Assembly (NCBI GenBank): GCA_963815115.1
Contig: CAWFFN010000007.1
Coordinates: 1,056,001 to 1,120,000 of the forward strand
Direction: 5' to 3'
DNA length: 64,000 nt
Origin: an uncultured delta proteobacterium
Lineage (GTDB): Bacteria > Desulfobacterota > Binatia > DP-6
Both the position numbers and the translations under genes were made by a program. Below the pieces are notes generated by a model. That model worked only from the letters and a program-made list of their open reading frames with translations, had not been told where the DNA came from and searched no databases. Each line of letters starts with the position of its first letter. Position 1 is the stretch's first letter. Positions 1 through 9,990 of this stretch are shown here, one piece after another.

Positions 1-179
1 TCCCAGCCCAGCGCCTCCATGCCCTCCAGGCGCTCGAAGAGCGAGGGCAGGCCCTCCGCCTCGTCGTAGCAGGGGATGATGACGCTGACCGGCGGACCGA
101 GCGGGGCGCTCTCGGGGGTGAGGACGACGGCGTCGGCCGTGCTCTCGACGGGCAGGCGTATCGCTGGCTGTGCACTCAT
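1..179 (-). CDS. Glycosyltransferase family 2, N-terminal part (runs off window)
   Basis: Manual translation from ATG at 179: MSAQPAIRLP...PPVSVIIPCYDEAEGLPSLFERL, the typical GT2 N-terminal motif; directly downstream of the sugar transferase. Confidence 0.8.
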   Translation of the reverse strand, partial: MSAQPAIRLPVESTADAVVLTPESAPLGPPVSVIIPCYDEAEGLPSLFERLEGMEALGW

Positions 180-211
180 GGGAGCGATCTCTCGGGACCC
201 GCGGCTCCGTG

Positions 212-1612
212 TCAGTAGGCACCGCGGCCGGTGAGCACCGCGGGAATGGTCTTGACCAGGATCTTGAAGTCGAGGCCGAGCGACCAGTTGTCGATGTACT
301 CCATGTCGGTCTTGATCCACTCGTCGAAGTCCGGGACGCGGCAGTGCACCTGCCAGAGGCAGGTGATGCCGGGCTTCACGCTGAAGCGGCGCCTGTGCGC
401 GCGGCTGTCGATCTTGAGCACGTCGCGGACGGGGAGCGGCCGAGGGCCGACGAGGCTCATGTCGCCGCGCAGCACGTTGAGGAACTGCGGAAGCTCGTCG
501 AGGCTCAGCTGGCGGATGAAGCGACCGACGCGCGTGATGCGCGGATCCTTGCGGATCTTGAAGACGGGCCCGTCGGCCTCGTTCAGCCGTTCGAGGGCCG
601 CCTGCTTCTGCTCGGCGTCGGGAACCATCGTGCGGAACTTGTAGAAGCGGAACCGTCGCCCCCCGAGTCCGACCCGCTCCTCGGCGAAGAGCACCGGGCC
701 GGTCGAGTCGAGCTTGATGGCCAGGGCGATCAGCAGGCACACCGGCGCCGACAGGATCAGCGCGAGGCTCGACACGGTGACGTCGATGAGACGCTTGACC
801 GCCAGCAGCATCGAGTCGGGTGGCCCGCTGAAGATGGAGATCACCGGCCGGCCGTCGATCTCGTCGAGCTGGGCTCGCGCCTGGACCAGATCGACCAGGC
901 TCGAGAGCACGCGGATGGTGACGCCCTGCTCCTCGCACAGGCTGACCACGTCGCGAATCAGGGCCTGGTGAGCGTCGAGCGGCAGGGTGATGAAGACCTC
1001 GTCGATCGGGCGCGTCTCCAGCAGACTCGTCACCTGCTCCAGGGCGGCCCCCTCGTCGTGCGCGTGCACGTCGACGACGGACTCGATCGAGTACCCGAGG
1101 TCGCCGCGGCGGGCGATACGGGACGCGAGGTCGAAGCCGCCCTCGTCGCGTCCCACCAGCACCACGTTGCGGATGTTGTGGCCGTGACGGCGGACGGCGC
1201 GAGCGAGGATGCGGAAGGCGCGCCGCTCGAGGGCGAGCGCGATGAAGGTCATGCAGGCGAAGGCCGGGCCGAACGACGGCGTCGCGTAGTCGAAGTCCAT
1301 CAGGCGACCGGCCGCATACAGGGGTATCGCCGAGGCGACCGCCACGCCGGCCAGATCGCGCCACTCACGCGCGACCGAGGTGAGGCGGTACGAGCGGTAC
1401 AGCCCCAGGGTCCGCATCATCAGGTGGCAGTAGCCGAGGAAGGCGACGAGGAAGAGGACGTTCTGCACCTGGATGCGCATCTCGAGAAGGCTCACCCAGG
1501 GCTGCTCCTGATGGAGCTGGCTCACCACGGCCAACACGAAGGTGGCGGTGATGACCGCGAGGTCCGCGAGCTTCAGGAAAGTGAGGAGGGCGTAGCGGTA
1601 GGGATTCGTCAT
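212..1612 (-). CDS. Undecaprenyl-phosphate sugar phosphotransferase (priming glycosyltransferase, WcaJ/WbaP type)
   Basis: N-terminal TM helices, CoA-binding-like middle region, C-terminal motifs KRLIDV, FYKFRTM, DPRITRVGRFIRQLSLDELPQFLNVLRGDMSLVGPRP, KPGIT. Confidence 0.95.
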   Translation of the reverse strand: MTNPYRYALLTFLKLADLAVITATFVLAVVSQLHQEQPWVSLLEMRIQVQNVLFLVAFLGYCHLMMRTLGLYRSYRLTSVAREWRDLAGVAVASAIPLYAAGRLMDFDYATPSFGPAFACMTFIALALERRAFRILARAVRRHGHNIRNVVLVGRDEGGFDLASRIARRGDLGYSIESVVDVHAHDEGAALEQVTSLLETRPIDEVFITLPLDAHQALIRDVVSLCEEQGVTIRVLSSLVDLVQARAQLDEIDGRPVISIFSGPPDSMLLAVKRLIDVTVSSLALILSAPVCLLIALAIKLDSTGPVLFAEERVGLGGRRFRFYKFRTMVPDAEQKQAALERLNEADGPVFKIRKDPRITRVGRFIRQLSLDELPQFLNVLRGDMSLVGPRPLPVRDVLKIDSRAHRRRFSVKPGITCLWQVHCRVPDFDEWIKTDMEYIDNWSLGLDFKILVKTIPAVLTGRGAY

Positions 1613-1678
1613 GATGTGTCTGTCGTGCTCAGTCGTTCCGTTGCAGTGTGAGACGTTTGCTGGAGCAGAAGCGGGGCG

Positions 1679-2209
1679 TCAGGCGAGGCGGAGCCACTCT
1701 TCGGGGAGCTCGACCCGGGTCGGGCGGTGGAGGAGGTCGAGCAGGACGAGCACGCGCTGGCGCGCCGTCAGGCGCCGCTCCACGACCGCGGCGAGGCCCC
1801 GGAGCGGCCCGCTGGTGATGGTGACCGGGCGGCCGGCGACGACGGGGTTGACCTCGATGACTCCGTCGGCCCCTGCGCGGGCGCGCAGGTACGCGATCAC
1901 CTCGGAAGCCACCCGGGCCGGCGTGTCTCCGAACGCGACGAGGCGCAGCGCGCCGCTGCAGCTCGCCAGTCCGCTCTGGTGAACCGGGTCGGGTTGGCAG
2001 AAGACATAGCCCGGAAACATCGGACCGACCTCTCCGCCAACCGCCGGGCGCGGCCACTGCCGCAGGAGCGGCAGATAGGTCGCGACCCCCTCGCGCACCA
2101 GGACCGCCTGGACCGCGCGCTCCTTGTGGCGCTTGGTCTGCAGCACGAGCCACCCGCCATCGGCGGATAAAGCTCCGCCGTACGGGCGCGAATCATGTCG
2201 AGCCGACAT
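1679..2209 (-). CDS. NusG/RfaH (UpxY-like) transcription antiterminator
   Basis: WLVLQTKRHKE, PMFPGYVFC and KOW-like VTITSGPLRGL motifs; located inside a polysaccharide operon. Confidence 0.85.
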   Translation of the reverse strand: MSARHDSRPYGGALSADGGWLVLQTKRHKERAVQAVLVREGVATYLPLLRQWPRPAVGGEVGPMFPGYVFCQPDPVHQSGLASCSGALRLVAFGDTPARVASEVIAYLRARAGADGVIEVNPVVAGRPVTITSGPLRGLAAVVERRLTARQRVLVLLDLLHRPTRVELPEEWLRLA

Positions 2210-2282
2210 CTTCCTCCCGGCAAGATCACCCTACCCCTCCCAGGGGTGCGCTCTCGCCGCCTCTATATGGCTTGCTGTGTGG

Positions 2283-3059
2283 TTACTCCGCTGCCAGGTA
2301 GCGCCGGAGAAAGACCGGAACCGGATTGCGTACCTGGTTCAAAACCACCCCGAGCACGGTGCCGCCGGCCCGTTCGAGCTGCTGCCGGGCCCGTGCCAGG
2401 GCATACCCCCGGGTAATGCCGGCCCTGGCCACGAGAACGACGCCGTCGCAGAAGACGCTCGCGAGGGTGCCGTCGGCATGGCGCAGGATCGGCGGTGCAT
2501 CCAGAAACGTATAATCGTAGGTCGCTCGTTGCGTGTCAAGCCAAAACGCGAGTTCTTGCGATCGGAGAAAGGTCTCCTTGTCCGGAACCGCTCCCGGGCT
2601 CGGGACGACCGTGAGCCGTCCCCGTCCCCAGGGCGTCGACGGCGGTACGTCCTTCGTGCGCACCAGCTCGGCGAGATCGGCCCCGCGGGCCGCGAGGCTC
2701 GTCGTGAGGCCCGCCGTGCGCAGGTCGGCATCGACGAGCAGCACGTTCAGCCCCCCGCTGGCGAGGCTCTCGGCAAACTCCCGCACCACCTTGGTGCAGC
2801 CCTCGCTGCCGTCGCAACCCGCGAACACCAGCGATTTGAGCGGCTTGCCGCCGGAGGCGACCATCAACCGCTCACGCAGCATGGCATATGCGATGGGCAC
2901 CGCTCCCGGCGTCAGTCGCTGTACGGGTGCGACAGTTCGTCGCGGCACCGCCACGATCGTCGGATCCGCGACCGGTGCCGGAGCCGGCACGATGATCGGT
3001 GCCGTTGCGGCGGGTGGTGTGGATACCCGCCGGTTCAGAGATTCGAAATAGGCGCTCAT
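2283..3059 (-). CDS. CpsD/CapB-type BY-kinase cytoplasmic domain (degenerate Walker A)
   Basis: VLLVDADLR (Walker A'), FLDAPP (Walker B), CDGVVLVARAG, VLGVVLN; Walker A reads GCDGSEGCT with no Lys. Confidence 0.85.
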   Translation of the reverse strand: MSAYFESLNRRVSTPPAATAPIIVPAPAPVADPTIVAVPRRTVAPVQRLTPGAVPIAYAMLRERLMVASGGKPLKSLVFAGCDGSEGCTKVVREFAESLASGGLNVLLVDADLRTAGLTTSLAARGADLAELVRTKDVPPSTPWGRGRLTVVPSPGAVPDKETFLRSQELAFWLDTQRATYDYTFLDAPPILRHADGTLASVFCDGVVLVARAGITRGYALARARQQLERAGGTVLGVVLNQVRNPVPVFLRRYLAAE

Positions 3060-4468
3060 TCGTGCACTTGTCCGCCGTTCTCGGATTGCCCGGACGGACC
3101 AGAAGGGAACCGCACGACCGCGCCTGCCATCACCACATTGACGTCGTGGAGCTCGGGATTGAGTCGGCGTACCTCGCCGAGGAAGGCCCGCCTGTCGCCG
3201 AGCTCACCAAAGAGCTGCCGCGCGACGCTCAAGATGCTTGCCCCGGGCGGGATGCTCACCGTTCGATGCCCGGCGTCGTCGGCATCCCCGCGAGCGCCCG
3301 TCGAGGGCTCGCTCGCGTCGGGGCCGGCGGGCGCCGTGGCGGCCACGACTGCGACCGGCGCCGCTGGCGCCGCGGCCGCAACGCGCGGCGGATCGGATGG
3401 GGCGACCGCCGGCGGGGACGGCGGAGTCACGGGCTCGGGCGACGCTGCCGGTGCAGGTGGGTCCGCGGGCACGGGCGGTGGCGTCGCCGCGGCGACCTGC
3501 GTCGCACCGCCGGCCCGATCGCCCGATGCCGGCGAGCCGAAGAGCAGCGCGCTCGACACGAGCGCCACCCCGGCCGCGGCGCCGAGACCGATCAGGCGCC
3601 GCCAGGACCATCCCGTCCAGCGCGGCAGGCGGCGAAGCGCGGCTTGACCGAGCAGGCCCGGCCGGCGCTCGTCCATCTCCGCGATCGCTTCCTGGGCAAC
3701 GCGTAGCGACACCGTCGGCTCGCTGCGCCCGAAGCCGAAGAGCAGGGCGTTGTGACACAGGATGTTCGCCCGGCGCGGGATGCCGTGGGCATGCCGCACG
3801 ATGGCGCGCAGGGCTGCCCGCTCGAAGAGGCGCTCGTCGCCGCCCACCTGCTTCAGGCGGTGGAGGATGTAGGCCTCCATCTCGCCCTCGTCGAGGGGGT
3901 TGATGATGGCGCGGACGCTGACTCGCTGCTGCAGCTGTCGGAGGTTCTGCTGCCGCAGGCGTTGCTGCAGCTCCGGCTGACCCACGAGCACGATCTGGAG
4001 CAGCTTGTGCGTATAGGTCTCGAAGTTCGACAGCAGGCGCAGCTCTTCGAAGGTGGCGTCGGTGAGGCTCTGCGCCTCGTCGATGACCAGCGCCGTTCGT
4101 CCGCCCGCGGCGTCGCGCTGCAGGAGCAGGCGCTGCAGTATCTCGAGCAGCACCAGGCGCGAGGCGCCGGGGGGCGGCTGCTCGCCGAGGTCCTTCAGGG
4201 CGGCGGCGAGGAGGTCGTCGAAGGTGTGAGCCGCATAGGGAACGTATGCCGCCGCGACCTCCGGTCCGAGCTGGCCGAGCACGCTGTAGAGGATGGTGGT
4301 CTTGCCGGTGCCGACCTCGCCGATGAGCGTGATGAAGCCGCGGCCGTTCAGCAGGCCGTACTGCACCGCCGCCATGGCCTCCCGATGCTTGGCACTGAGG
4401 AAGAGGAAGGCGGGATCCGGGGTGAGGCTGAACGGCTCACCCGAGAGCCTGAAGTGTTCGAAGTACAT
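3056..4468 (-). CDS. ExeA/GspA-family AAA ATPase with TM helix, Pro-rich linker and C-terminal LysM-like domain
   Basis: MYFEHFRLSGEPFSLTPDP, GEVGTGKTT, LVIDEAQ, LQIVLVGQPEL, GIPRRAN; C-terminus VSIPPGASILSVARQLFG...LNPELHDVNVVMAGAVVRFP. Confidence 0.88.
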   Translation of the reverse strand: MYFEHFRLSGEPFSLTPDPAFLFLSAKHREAMAAVQYGLLNGRGFITLIGEVGTGKTTILYSVLGQLGPEVAAAYVPYAAHTFDDLLAAALKDLGEQPPPGASRLVLLEILQRLLLQRDAAGGRTALVIDEAQSLTDATFEELRLLSNFETYTHKLLQIVLVGQPELQQRLRQQNLRQLQQRVSVRAIINPLDEGEMEAYILHRLKQVGGDERLFERAALRAIVRHAHGIPRRANILCHNALLFGFGRSEPTVSLRVAQEAIAEMDERRPGLLGQAALRRLPRWTGWSWRRLIGLGAAAGVALVSSALLFGSPASGDRAGGATQVAAATPPPVPADPPAPAASPEPVTPPSPPAVAPSDPPRVAAAAPAAPVAVVAATAPAGPDASEPSTGARGDADDAGHRTVSIPPGASILSVARQLFGELGDRRAFLGEVRRLNPELHDVNVVMAGAVVRFPSGPSGQSENGGQVHE

Positions 4469-4479
4469 CGGCGGGGTTT

Positions 4480-5961
4480 TCAGGAGCGATCCGGCAGAGC
4501 GACCAGCGTGTCGAGGTGCGCGTAGCGCCGCACGTCGGCGCTGCTCTTCACGGTGCTGTCGAAGTGATCCCGGGCGAGCCCGAGGCCGATGCTCAGGAGC
4601 AGACCTCCGAGGAGAGCGAAGACGAGGATGCGGCCCTTCTTGGGAGCCACGGCCTCGAGCGGAAGCGGCGCCTCCTCGATGATGCGCAGGCGCAGCAGCT
4701 TGCTCTGCTCGACCGCGTTCGACAGGCGCGACTGCTCCGCCGAGCGCACGTAGGACAGGTAGGTCTCCTCGTCCATCTTCACCTGGCGCTCGAGCCTGGC
4801 CAGATCGAAGCTCCGGCTGTCGAGGAACTCCGCCTTCTTCTTGTACTCGTCGGCCTCCTTGCCGAGCGCTGCCTCGCGTCCCTTCAGGGCGGCCAGGTTG
4901 GCGCGTCCGCCGACCAGATCGGTGCCGGCGTTGGTCACCGCACCATCACCCGCCGGTCCGGCCGTGAACGAGTCGTAGCCCGAGATGGCCTTGCGCAGCC
5001 GATCGATCTGGCTCTCGATCGCCTTCACGCGCTCGCTGTCCGGCTTGTACTTGCCGATGAGGTCGGCCCGCTTCGCCTCGAGCTCGATGAGCTCCGGCGT
5101 TGCGACACGGCCGCCCTTGCCGGCGAGCGTCTGCTCGAGAAACGCCATGCGCTTCTCCTGCTCGACGCGCGCGATCCGTGCCCGCGACAGCTCGGCGTTG
5201 AACTCGTTCAGTCGCTCGTGGACCTCGGCCTGCTGCCCGGCGAGGGTGCCCGCTCGCTCGCGTGCCGATCGCAGCTCGGACTCCGAGCCCGCCAGCTTCC
5301 TGCGGAGCAGCTCGCTCTGCTCGTTGAAGAAGTCCTGGGCCTCCGTGATCTGCTGCAGCTTCGCGTGGTGCTCCACGTAGGCCCGCATCAGGCGGTTGAC
5401 GAACTCCTGGGCCCAGGCCGGGTCGGAGCTCATGTACCCCACGTCGATGATGTTCGAGGGATGGGCGTTCGACGTCTCGAGGCGACCGAGGACGTCCCGC
5501 GTCTGCCAGTAGAGAGGACTGTCCGGCTTCAGGTTGTCGATGTTGTGGAGGCGCTTGTAGGCCGTGCGAATGAACGAGGCTGGCGCGTGCAGCACCCGGG
5601 CGACCAACGAGTCGGACTTTGCCGGCTCGTCGTCGTCCTCCTTGGGCGGCTTCATGTCGGCGAGCACGCTGTCGATCACCTCGCGGCTGCGGAGAATCTG
5701 GAGCTGCGAGTTGATCTCGCCGTCCGAGACCTCGTCCGTGCGTACGAGCGACGGTGCGTGCTCGCCTCCCGACACCTCGGCCCGGTCGGTGGTGAGGAGG
5801 ATCTTGCCCGCCGTGCGATAGACCGGCGGAAGCACGAAGATTCCGAAGACGGCCGTCACCACGATGCCGAGGTAGACTCCGGTGATCAGCTTCCAGCGGC
5901 GGAAGACGCCCTGGACGGCCTCCTGGACGAGCGTGAAGACTGCTTGTTCTTGCGGTGACAT
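4480..5961 (-). CDS. Polysaccharide chain-length determinant / co-polymerase (Wzz/GumC type)
   Basis: Two terminal TM helices, PVYRTAGKIL, QILRSREV, long coiled coil, IIEEAPLPLEAVAPK. Confidence 0.9.
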   Translation of the reverse strand: MSPQEQAVFTLVQEAVQGVFRRWKLITGVYLGIVVTAVFGIFVLPPVYRTAGKILLTTDRAEVSGGEHAPSLVRTDEVSDGEINSQLQILRSREVIDSVLADMKPPKEDDDEPAKSDSLVARVLHAPASFIRTAYKRLHNIDNLKPDSPLYWQTRDVLGRLETSNAHPSNIIDVGYMSSDPAWAQEFVNRLMRAYVEHHAKLQQITEAQDFFNEQSELLRRKLAGSESELRSARERAGTLAGQQAEVHERLNEFNAELSRARIARVEQEKRMAFLEQTLAGKGGRVATPELIELEAKRADLIGKYKPDSERVKAIESQIDRLRKAISGYDSFTAGPAGDGAVTNAGTDLVGGRANLAALKGREAALGKEADEYKKKAEFLDSRSFDLARLERQVKMDEETYLSYVRSAEQSRLSNAVEQSKLLRLRIIEEAPLPLEAVAPKKGRILVFALLGGLLLSIGLGLARDHFDSTVKSSADVRRYAHLDTLVALPDRS

Positions 5962-5971
5962 GCGCGCTCCC

Positions 5972-6733
5972 TCAGAAGATCGGCAAGCCGATCGGAATCT
6001 GCGGCAACATCTTGGTGATGTATTGGTTGACGATCTGGTTCATGTTCGCGATCCGGCTCTTCGGTACGTAGACGAGGTCATTCGGCTGCAACGCGACGTC
6101 CTGCGTGTAGTCCGAGCCGCTGAGCGCCTGTTTCAAGAACAGCCGGTATCCTTCGTAGTGGTCCCCGGCGCGCCGCACGAGCACGACGTTCTCCAGGCTG
6201 GCCTCGACGTTGAATCCGCCGGCGCTCTGGATGGCCTGCAACGCCGTCAGGCCGTCGGTGAAGCTGAGCGTGGTCGGCTTGTTGACCTCGCCGCCGACGA
6301 AGACCTGGCCGCCGAACGAGCGGACGATGACGGCGATGCGCGGCTCCTCCAGCTCCTTCGAATACGCCTGGACCAGACGGTCCGCGAGCTCGTCGGTGCC
6401 CACCCCCGCGGCCTCGATGTCGCCGATGAGGTCGAGAGATATCTTGCCGTCGGCACGGACGGGTTCGTCCTCGATGTTGAGCTCCGGCGTCTTGTAGAAA
6501 CGGACGCTGAGCTTGTCGCCGACCCGGACGTGGTAGGGCTGGTTCTCGACGCCGAGCGCGGTCATGTTCGCGCTCGCGCGTCCCGACGGCGAGGGGAATG
6601 CACACCCCGCCACCAGGGCTGCCGCGACGGCGAGCAACGCGGTGCCTGCCTGGACCACGGGCCGTCGGCCGAGCGCTCCATAGGAAGCGCGAAACTCAGA
6701 CTTTCGGGCGGGCTTCTGGTTCGAGCTTAGCAT
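5972..6733 (-). CDS. Polysaccharide export outer-membrane lipoprotein (Wza/OPX)
   Basis: Lipobox LVAGC; Poly_export YHVRVGDKLSVRFY...VRADGKISLDLIGDI; SLBB VFVGGEVNKP; LQPNDLVYVP. Start placed at ATG 6733, downstream of the candidate sigma-54 promoter (start uncertain). Confidence 0.9.
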   Translation of the reverse strand: MLSSNQKPARKSEFRASYGALGRRPVVQAGTALLAVAAALVAGCAFPSPSGRASANMTALGVENQPYHVRVGDKLSVRFYKTPELNIEDEPVRADGKISLDLIGDIEAAGVGTDELADRLVQAYSKELEEPRIAVIVRSFGGQVFVGGEVNKPTTLSFTDGLTALQAIQSAGGFNVEASLENVVLVRRAGDHYEGYRLFLKQALSGSDYTQDVALQPNDLVYVPKSRIANMNQIVNQYITKMLPQIPIGLPIF

Positions 6734-6760
6734 CGCGGGTCCCTTGCACCTTCCTGTTGA

Positions 6761-6776
6761 AGCAACGCCTGTGCCG
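6761..6776 (-). promoter_or_regulatory. Candidate sigma-54 (-24/-12) promoter of the EPS operon
   Basis: Minus strand reads CGGCACAGGCGTTGCT: GG-N10-GC with GGCAC and TTGC, about 28 nt upstream of ATG 6733. Confidence 0.6.
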
Positions 6777-7412
6777 GCAAATTCGTTAGCAAATACCATG
6801 GGCTCTCTATGAGTCGGCCAGCGATTCGTGCGGCGCTGCAAAGCGTCAATCGGGTTCAGGCATGACTGCAAGTTACTGGGGTCTCTTCCCAGGCTATGAC
6901 GCGGCGAGAGTACCGATTGGGGCGACGTTTTTTTCACCTGGCCCTCCCTCGCGACCCGGTTTTGGTCTCCCCCCGGGAGACCCGATCGGGGCGACGCCCG
7001 GCCAACCCCCGAGTGTCCGGTGGGGCGCGTATGCGAGGTGACGCGTCCGCGGATTCGCCCGGGGCGTCGGGCCGCACCCGTGTCCAGGTCCAGGGGGCAA
7101 ATTGACCCGGCTTGCGAACGCGCAACACTTCCGGCGAACCGGCAGTCGCCGCGCTCGACTTGCGCCCTGCGATGCCGGCCGCTCCTCCCCGCCGGCCGCG
7201 GGACGGATGGGCGGCCCGTCTCAGCGGCGCCCCCGTGCGCCGTCGCCTCATCCGGGCCACGGCTGCCTTGCGCGCCCTCTCCCCGCCGGTCGCCACCTGC
7301 CCGGCGGCACCCGCCCGTGGCGAATTCGGCGTTTTCATGGCAGCTAGTCCCCTCGCAACAGTTGTCTCAGTATATGTGAATCAGATATGTCTCTGGTTCG
7401 GAGGACCAGTCA

Positions 7413-7724
7413 ATGGCGGCGGGGAATCGACGAGGAATGGCCGGCCGTCGCTGGGGACGGCGAGCGGGTCGATGCAGCGTGTGCCGAAAGCGCAAGGACC
7501 GGGTGCATCGCAACCGCCTATCCGGACGGCTCGTGTGCGCGACCTGCGGGGATCGCGCCCGGCTCCGCGTGGGATCGTGCCGCGGCTGCGCCGAGCGCAA
7601 GGTGCTGCAGGCGCGCGGGCGGTGCTACGCCTGCTACAAGCGCGAATGGCGGTTCGCGCGCGAGCACGAGGCCGGGGCGCGGGTAGCGCGCCGCGTGCCA
7701 GGCGCCAGCCGCCGGCGCGCCTGA
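7413..7724 (+). CDS. Small basic protein with four CxxC motifs (putative double zinc finger)
   Basis: GGAGG RBS upstream of the ATG; CSVC, CATC, CRGC, CYAC motifs. Confidence 0.6.
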   Translation: MAAGNRRGMAGRRWGRRAGRCSVCRKRKDRVHRNRLSGRLVCATCGDRARLRVGSCRGCAERKVLQARGRCYACYKREWRFAREHEAGARVARRVPGASRRRA

Positions 7725-7734
7725 GCCCGAGGGC

Positions 7735-9033
7735 TCAACGCCAGCGCCAGAGCCGTACGGCCTGATCCGGACCGTCGGACACCTCCACGAGCTTGAGGAT
7801 CAACAGCGGACCGCCCGCAGTGGATGCCAGCGTCGCCCCGTCCGGTGACCACGCCACCGCGGTGACGACGTCGTCGTGCCCGGCGAGGGTGTCCATCAGT
7901 GCCCCGGAGGTCGCGTCGAAGAGGTAGATCCGCGCGTCGGCACCTCCGGCCGCGAGGACCTGGCCATCCGGATGCCACGCGAGACCGTGAAACGAGACCG
8001 GCCCCGGCGCTTCGCGCTGCAGAACGGTCCCGCTCGTGGCGTCGTACACCGACACGGTGCCGTCCGCGCCCGATGCCGCCACTCGCGTCCCGTCCGGCGA
8101 CCAGCGCGCATTCCAGATCACGCCGTGTCCCGAGTCGCTCCAGCGCGGGGTACGCGTGACGAGCGCGGGCTGCTGCCGGAACCAGCTCGCCTGCTTCTGG
8201 TAGGAGAGGCGCGCGAAGGCGGTGATGGTAGCGTCGCTCCATCGCTCGCGCTCGGGATCGACGTCCCAGACCGCGACCCGGCCGCGTCGGTCGCCCGTGA
8301 CCAGCGCGCGTCCGTCCGGCGCCCAGTCGACCGAGAGGAAGTTTCCGACGCCGCCGTCGTACCACAACGCGACCACGCGCCACGCCGCCTGCCCGGGACT
8401 CACCTGCCAGATGCGCACCGTACGGTCCCGGCTTGCCCCGGCCAGCCAGCGCCGGTCGGGGGAGAAGGCGAGCGACATGATCCAGCCGTCGATCTCCCCG
8501 AGCTGCCGAAGCGCGCCGTCCGCGGGCAGGAACTGGCCGGGACGGCATGCCGTGCTGCCGGGCCCATCGGGGTTCCACACCTTCACGGCATGATCTCCGC
8601 CGCCGTCGGCGAGAAGCTGGCCGTAGTAGGGGCTCTCGATCCAGGCGTTCGACACGGCCCAGAACCAGTGACAGGCGAAGCTCTTCACGAGCACGCCGGC
8701 GGCGACGTCGGCGATGCGAGTGTCGTAGCGCAGCCGGGTGACCTTGTCGCGGAAGTGGCCACCGACGGCGATGCGCCCGCCGTCCGGTGACCACGCGAGG
8801 CTCAGCCCGCGACCTGGCAGCGCGATCGCACCCGCGGGCTCGAGGAGCACGTCGGTGGGTCCGCTCTTCGGTGCATCGCCGTCGTGCGCGTGCTGGCGCC
8901 GCGCCTTGCGCTCACCGGGGACGCGCTCTCCGCGCGTGTGCGCGAGGGCGCCCACCGTCGCGAGCGTCACCACGAGCGCGGCAACGCCGGCCAGCATGGC
9001 GGTGCGTCGGTGGTGGGCATTCGGTCGCGCCAT
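7735..9033 (-). CDS. Secreted WD40-repeat beta-propeller protein
   Basis: Repeated LAWSPDG, LAFSPD, WAPDG, WHPDG and GHDDVVTAVAWSPDG motifs; N-terminal hydrophobic signal; start uncertain. Confidence 0.85.
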   Translation of the reverse strand: MARPNAHHRRTAMLAGVAALVVTLATVGALAHTRGERVPGERKARRQHAHDGDAPKSGPTDVLLEPAGAIALPGRGLSLAWSPDGGRIAVGGHFRDKVTRLRYDTRIADVAAGVLVKSFACHWFWAVSNAWIESPYYGQLLADGGGDHAVKVWNPDGPGSTACRPGQFLPADGALRQLGEIDGWIMSLAFSPDRRWLAGASRDRTVRIWQVSPGQAAWRVVALWYDGGVGNFLSVDWAPDGRALVTGDRRGRVAVWDVDPERERWSDATITAFARLSYQKQASWFRQQPALVTRTPRWSDSGHGVIWNARWSPDGTRVAASGADGTVSVYDATSGTVLQREAPGPVSFHGLAWHPDGQVLAAGGADARIYLFDATSGALMDTLAGHDDVVTAVAWSPDGATLASTAGGPLLILKLVEVSDGPDQAVRLWRWR

Positions 9034-9990
9034 CGCTGCACTCGTCGGGACGCCGAGCCGATAGCACGCGCGCGCGGCGCCGCACATCGTACGGAAGGGC
9101 AATCGTGTGAGCACGCGAGCCGGAAGCGCTCGCCATGCGTACCCGAGTGGACTGATCCCGCGTGGTTCACCTTTCCGACTGTCGATGGCCAGCGCGGGTG
9201 CTGCGAAAACGCGCGCGCGCGAACTTCCACATCTTCGCACCGTACGATCTTGAACACCGCTACCACGGCACGTACACCGACTGCGATTTCCCGCGCCCGA
9301 CTCGCATTTCGCTCGCGATACGAGCTGCGGGCGACGTGCCGTGGGGATCGGCGCCGCGCGCCAGGCGCGCCGCTCGGTCGCCCATCGGAGCCGCGATCGT
9401 GACGCGTGGCACGTGCTGCAGAGCGACGGTGGTGGGACACGGCTGCTTGCACCGCGATCGACGCGACGCCGGCACCGCGGTCGAGCCGTCGGACCGGTCT
9501 CTCCGCAGGGTCCCGCGCCCGGGTGCCCTCCGCGTGACGGACCGTGTCGACGTCGATATCCTCGAGTTCATCCCAGTCCGGGGCCTTCCTTCCGGGACCC
9601 GCACGACCTCGACGCTGCTCGTCGAGAACCCGGCCGGCCAGCCGTCGAGGGGGATGAATAGACGCCACCAGGGCGCGTCTACCAGGACGTCCATGTCCGC
9701 TGGCGCTGCCGCCCGGCGGGTCTAGGTCCGCAGAAGTGGCCGGGCGGTAGCGCCCCCCCTCTCGGGGGTCGTCGGGACAGGGCGACCTTGGCCACCCGCA
9801 CGGTCGCGTGACACGGAGACCGGCCTGCGATCGTCTCCCGGGGTGCAACACGCTTCCGCCGGATTCATCCCCGCATCAGACGTCCCGTTTCCGTTCACCG
9901 CATTCGCCTGCGCGGCCGGGCTCACCTCACCCGTCCTCCCGCTTCTCCTCCGGGCCCGGCCGCGCTATCACTTCGCCCCGCGGCGGGAGG

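Noticed and set aside
6734-6937. Extended N-terminus of wza from the ORF track
   Set aside because: Overlaps the candidate sigma-54 promoter and AT-richer regulatory DNA, and places the lipobox too far from the start.
9240-9990. Possible gene(s) between the WD40 and lipoprotein genes
   Set aside because: Several short overlapping ORFs with no coherent product; may be a decayed gene but cannot be supported.
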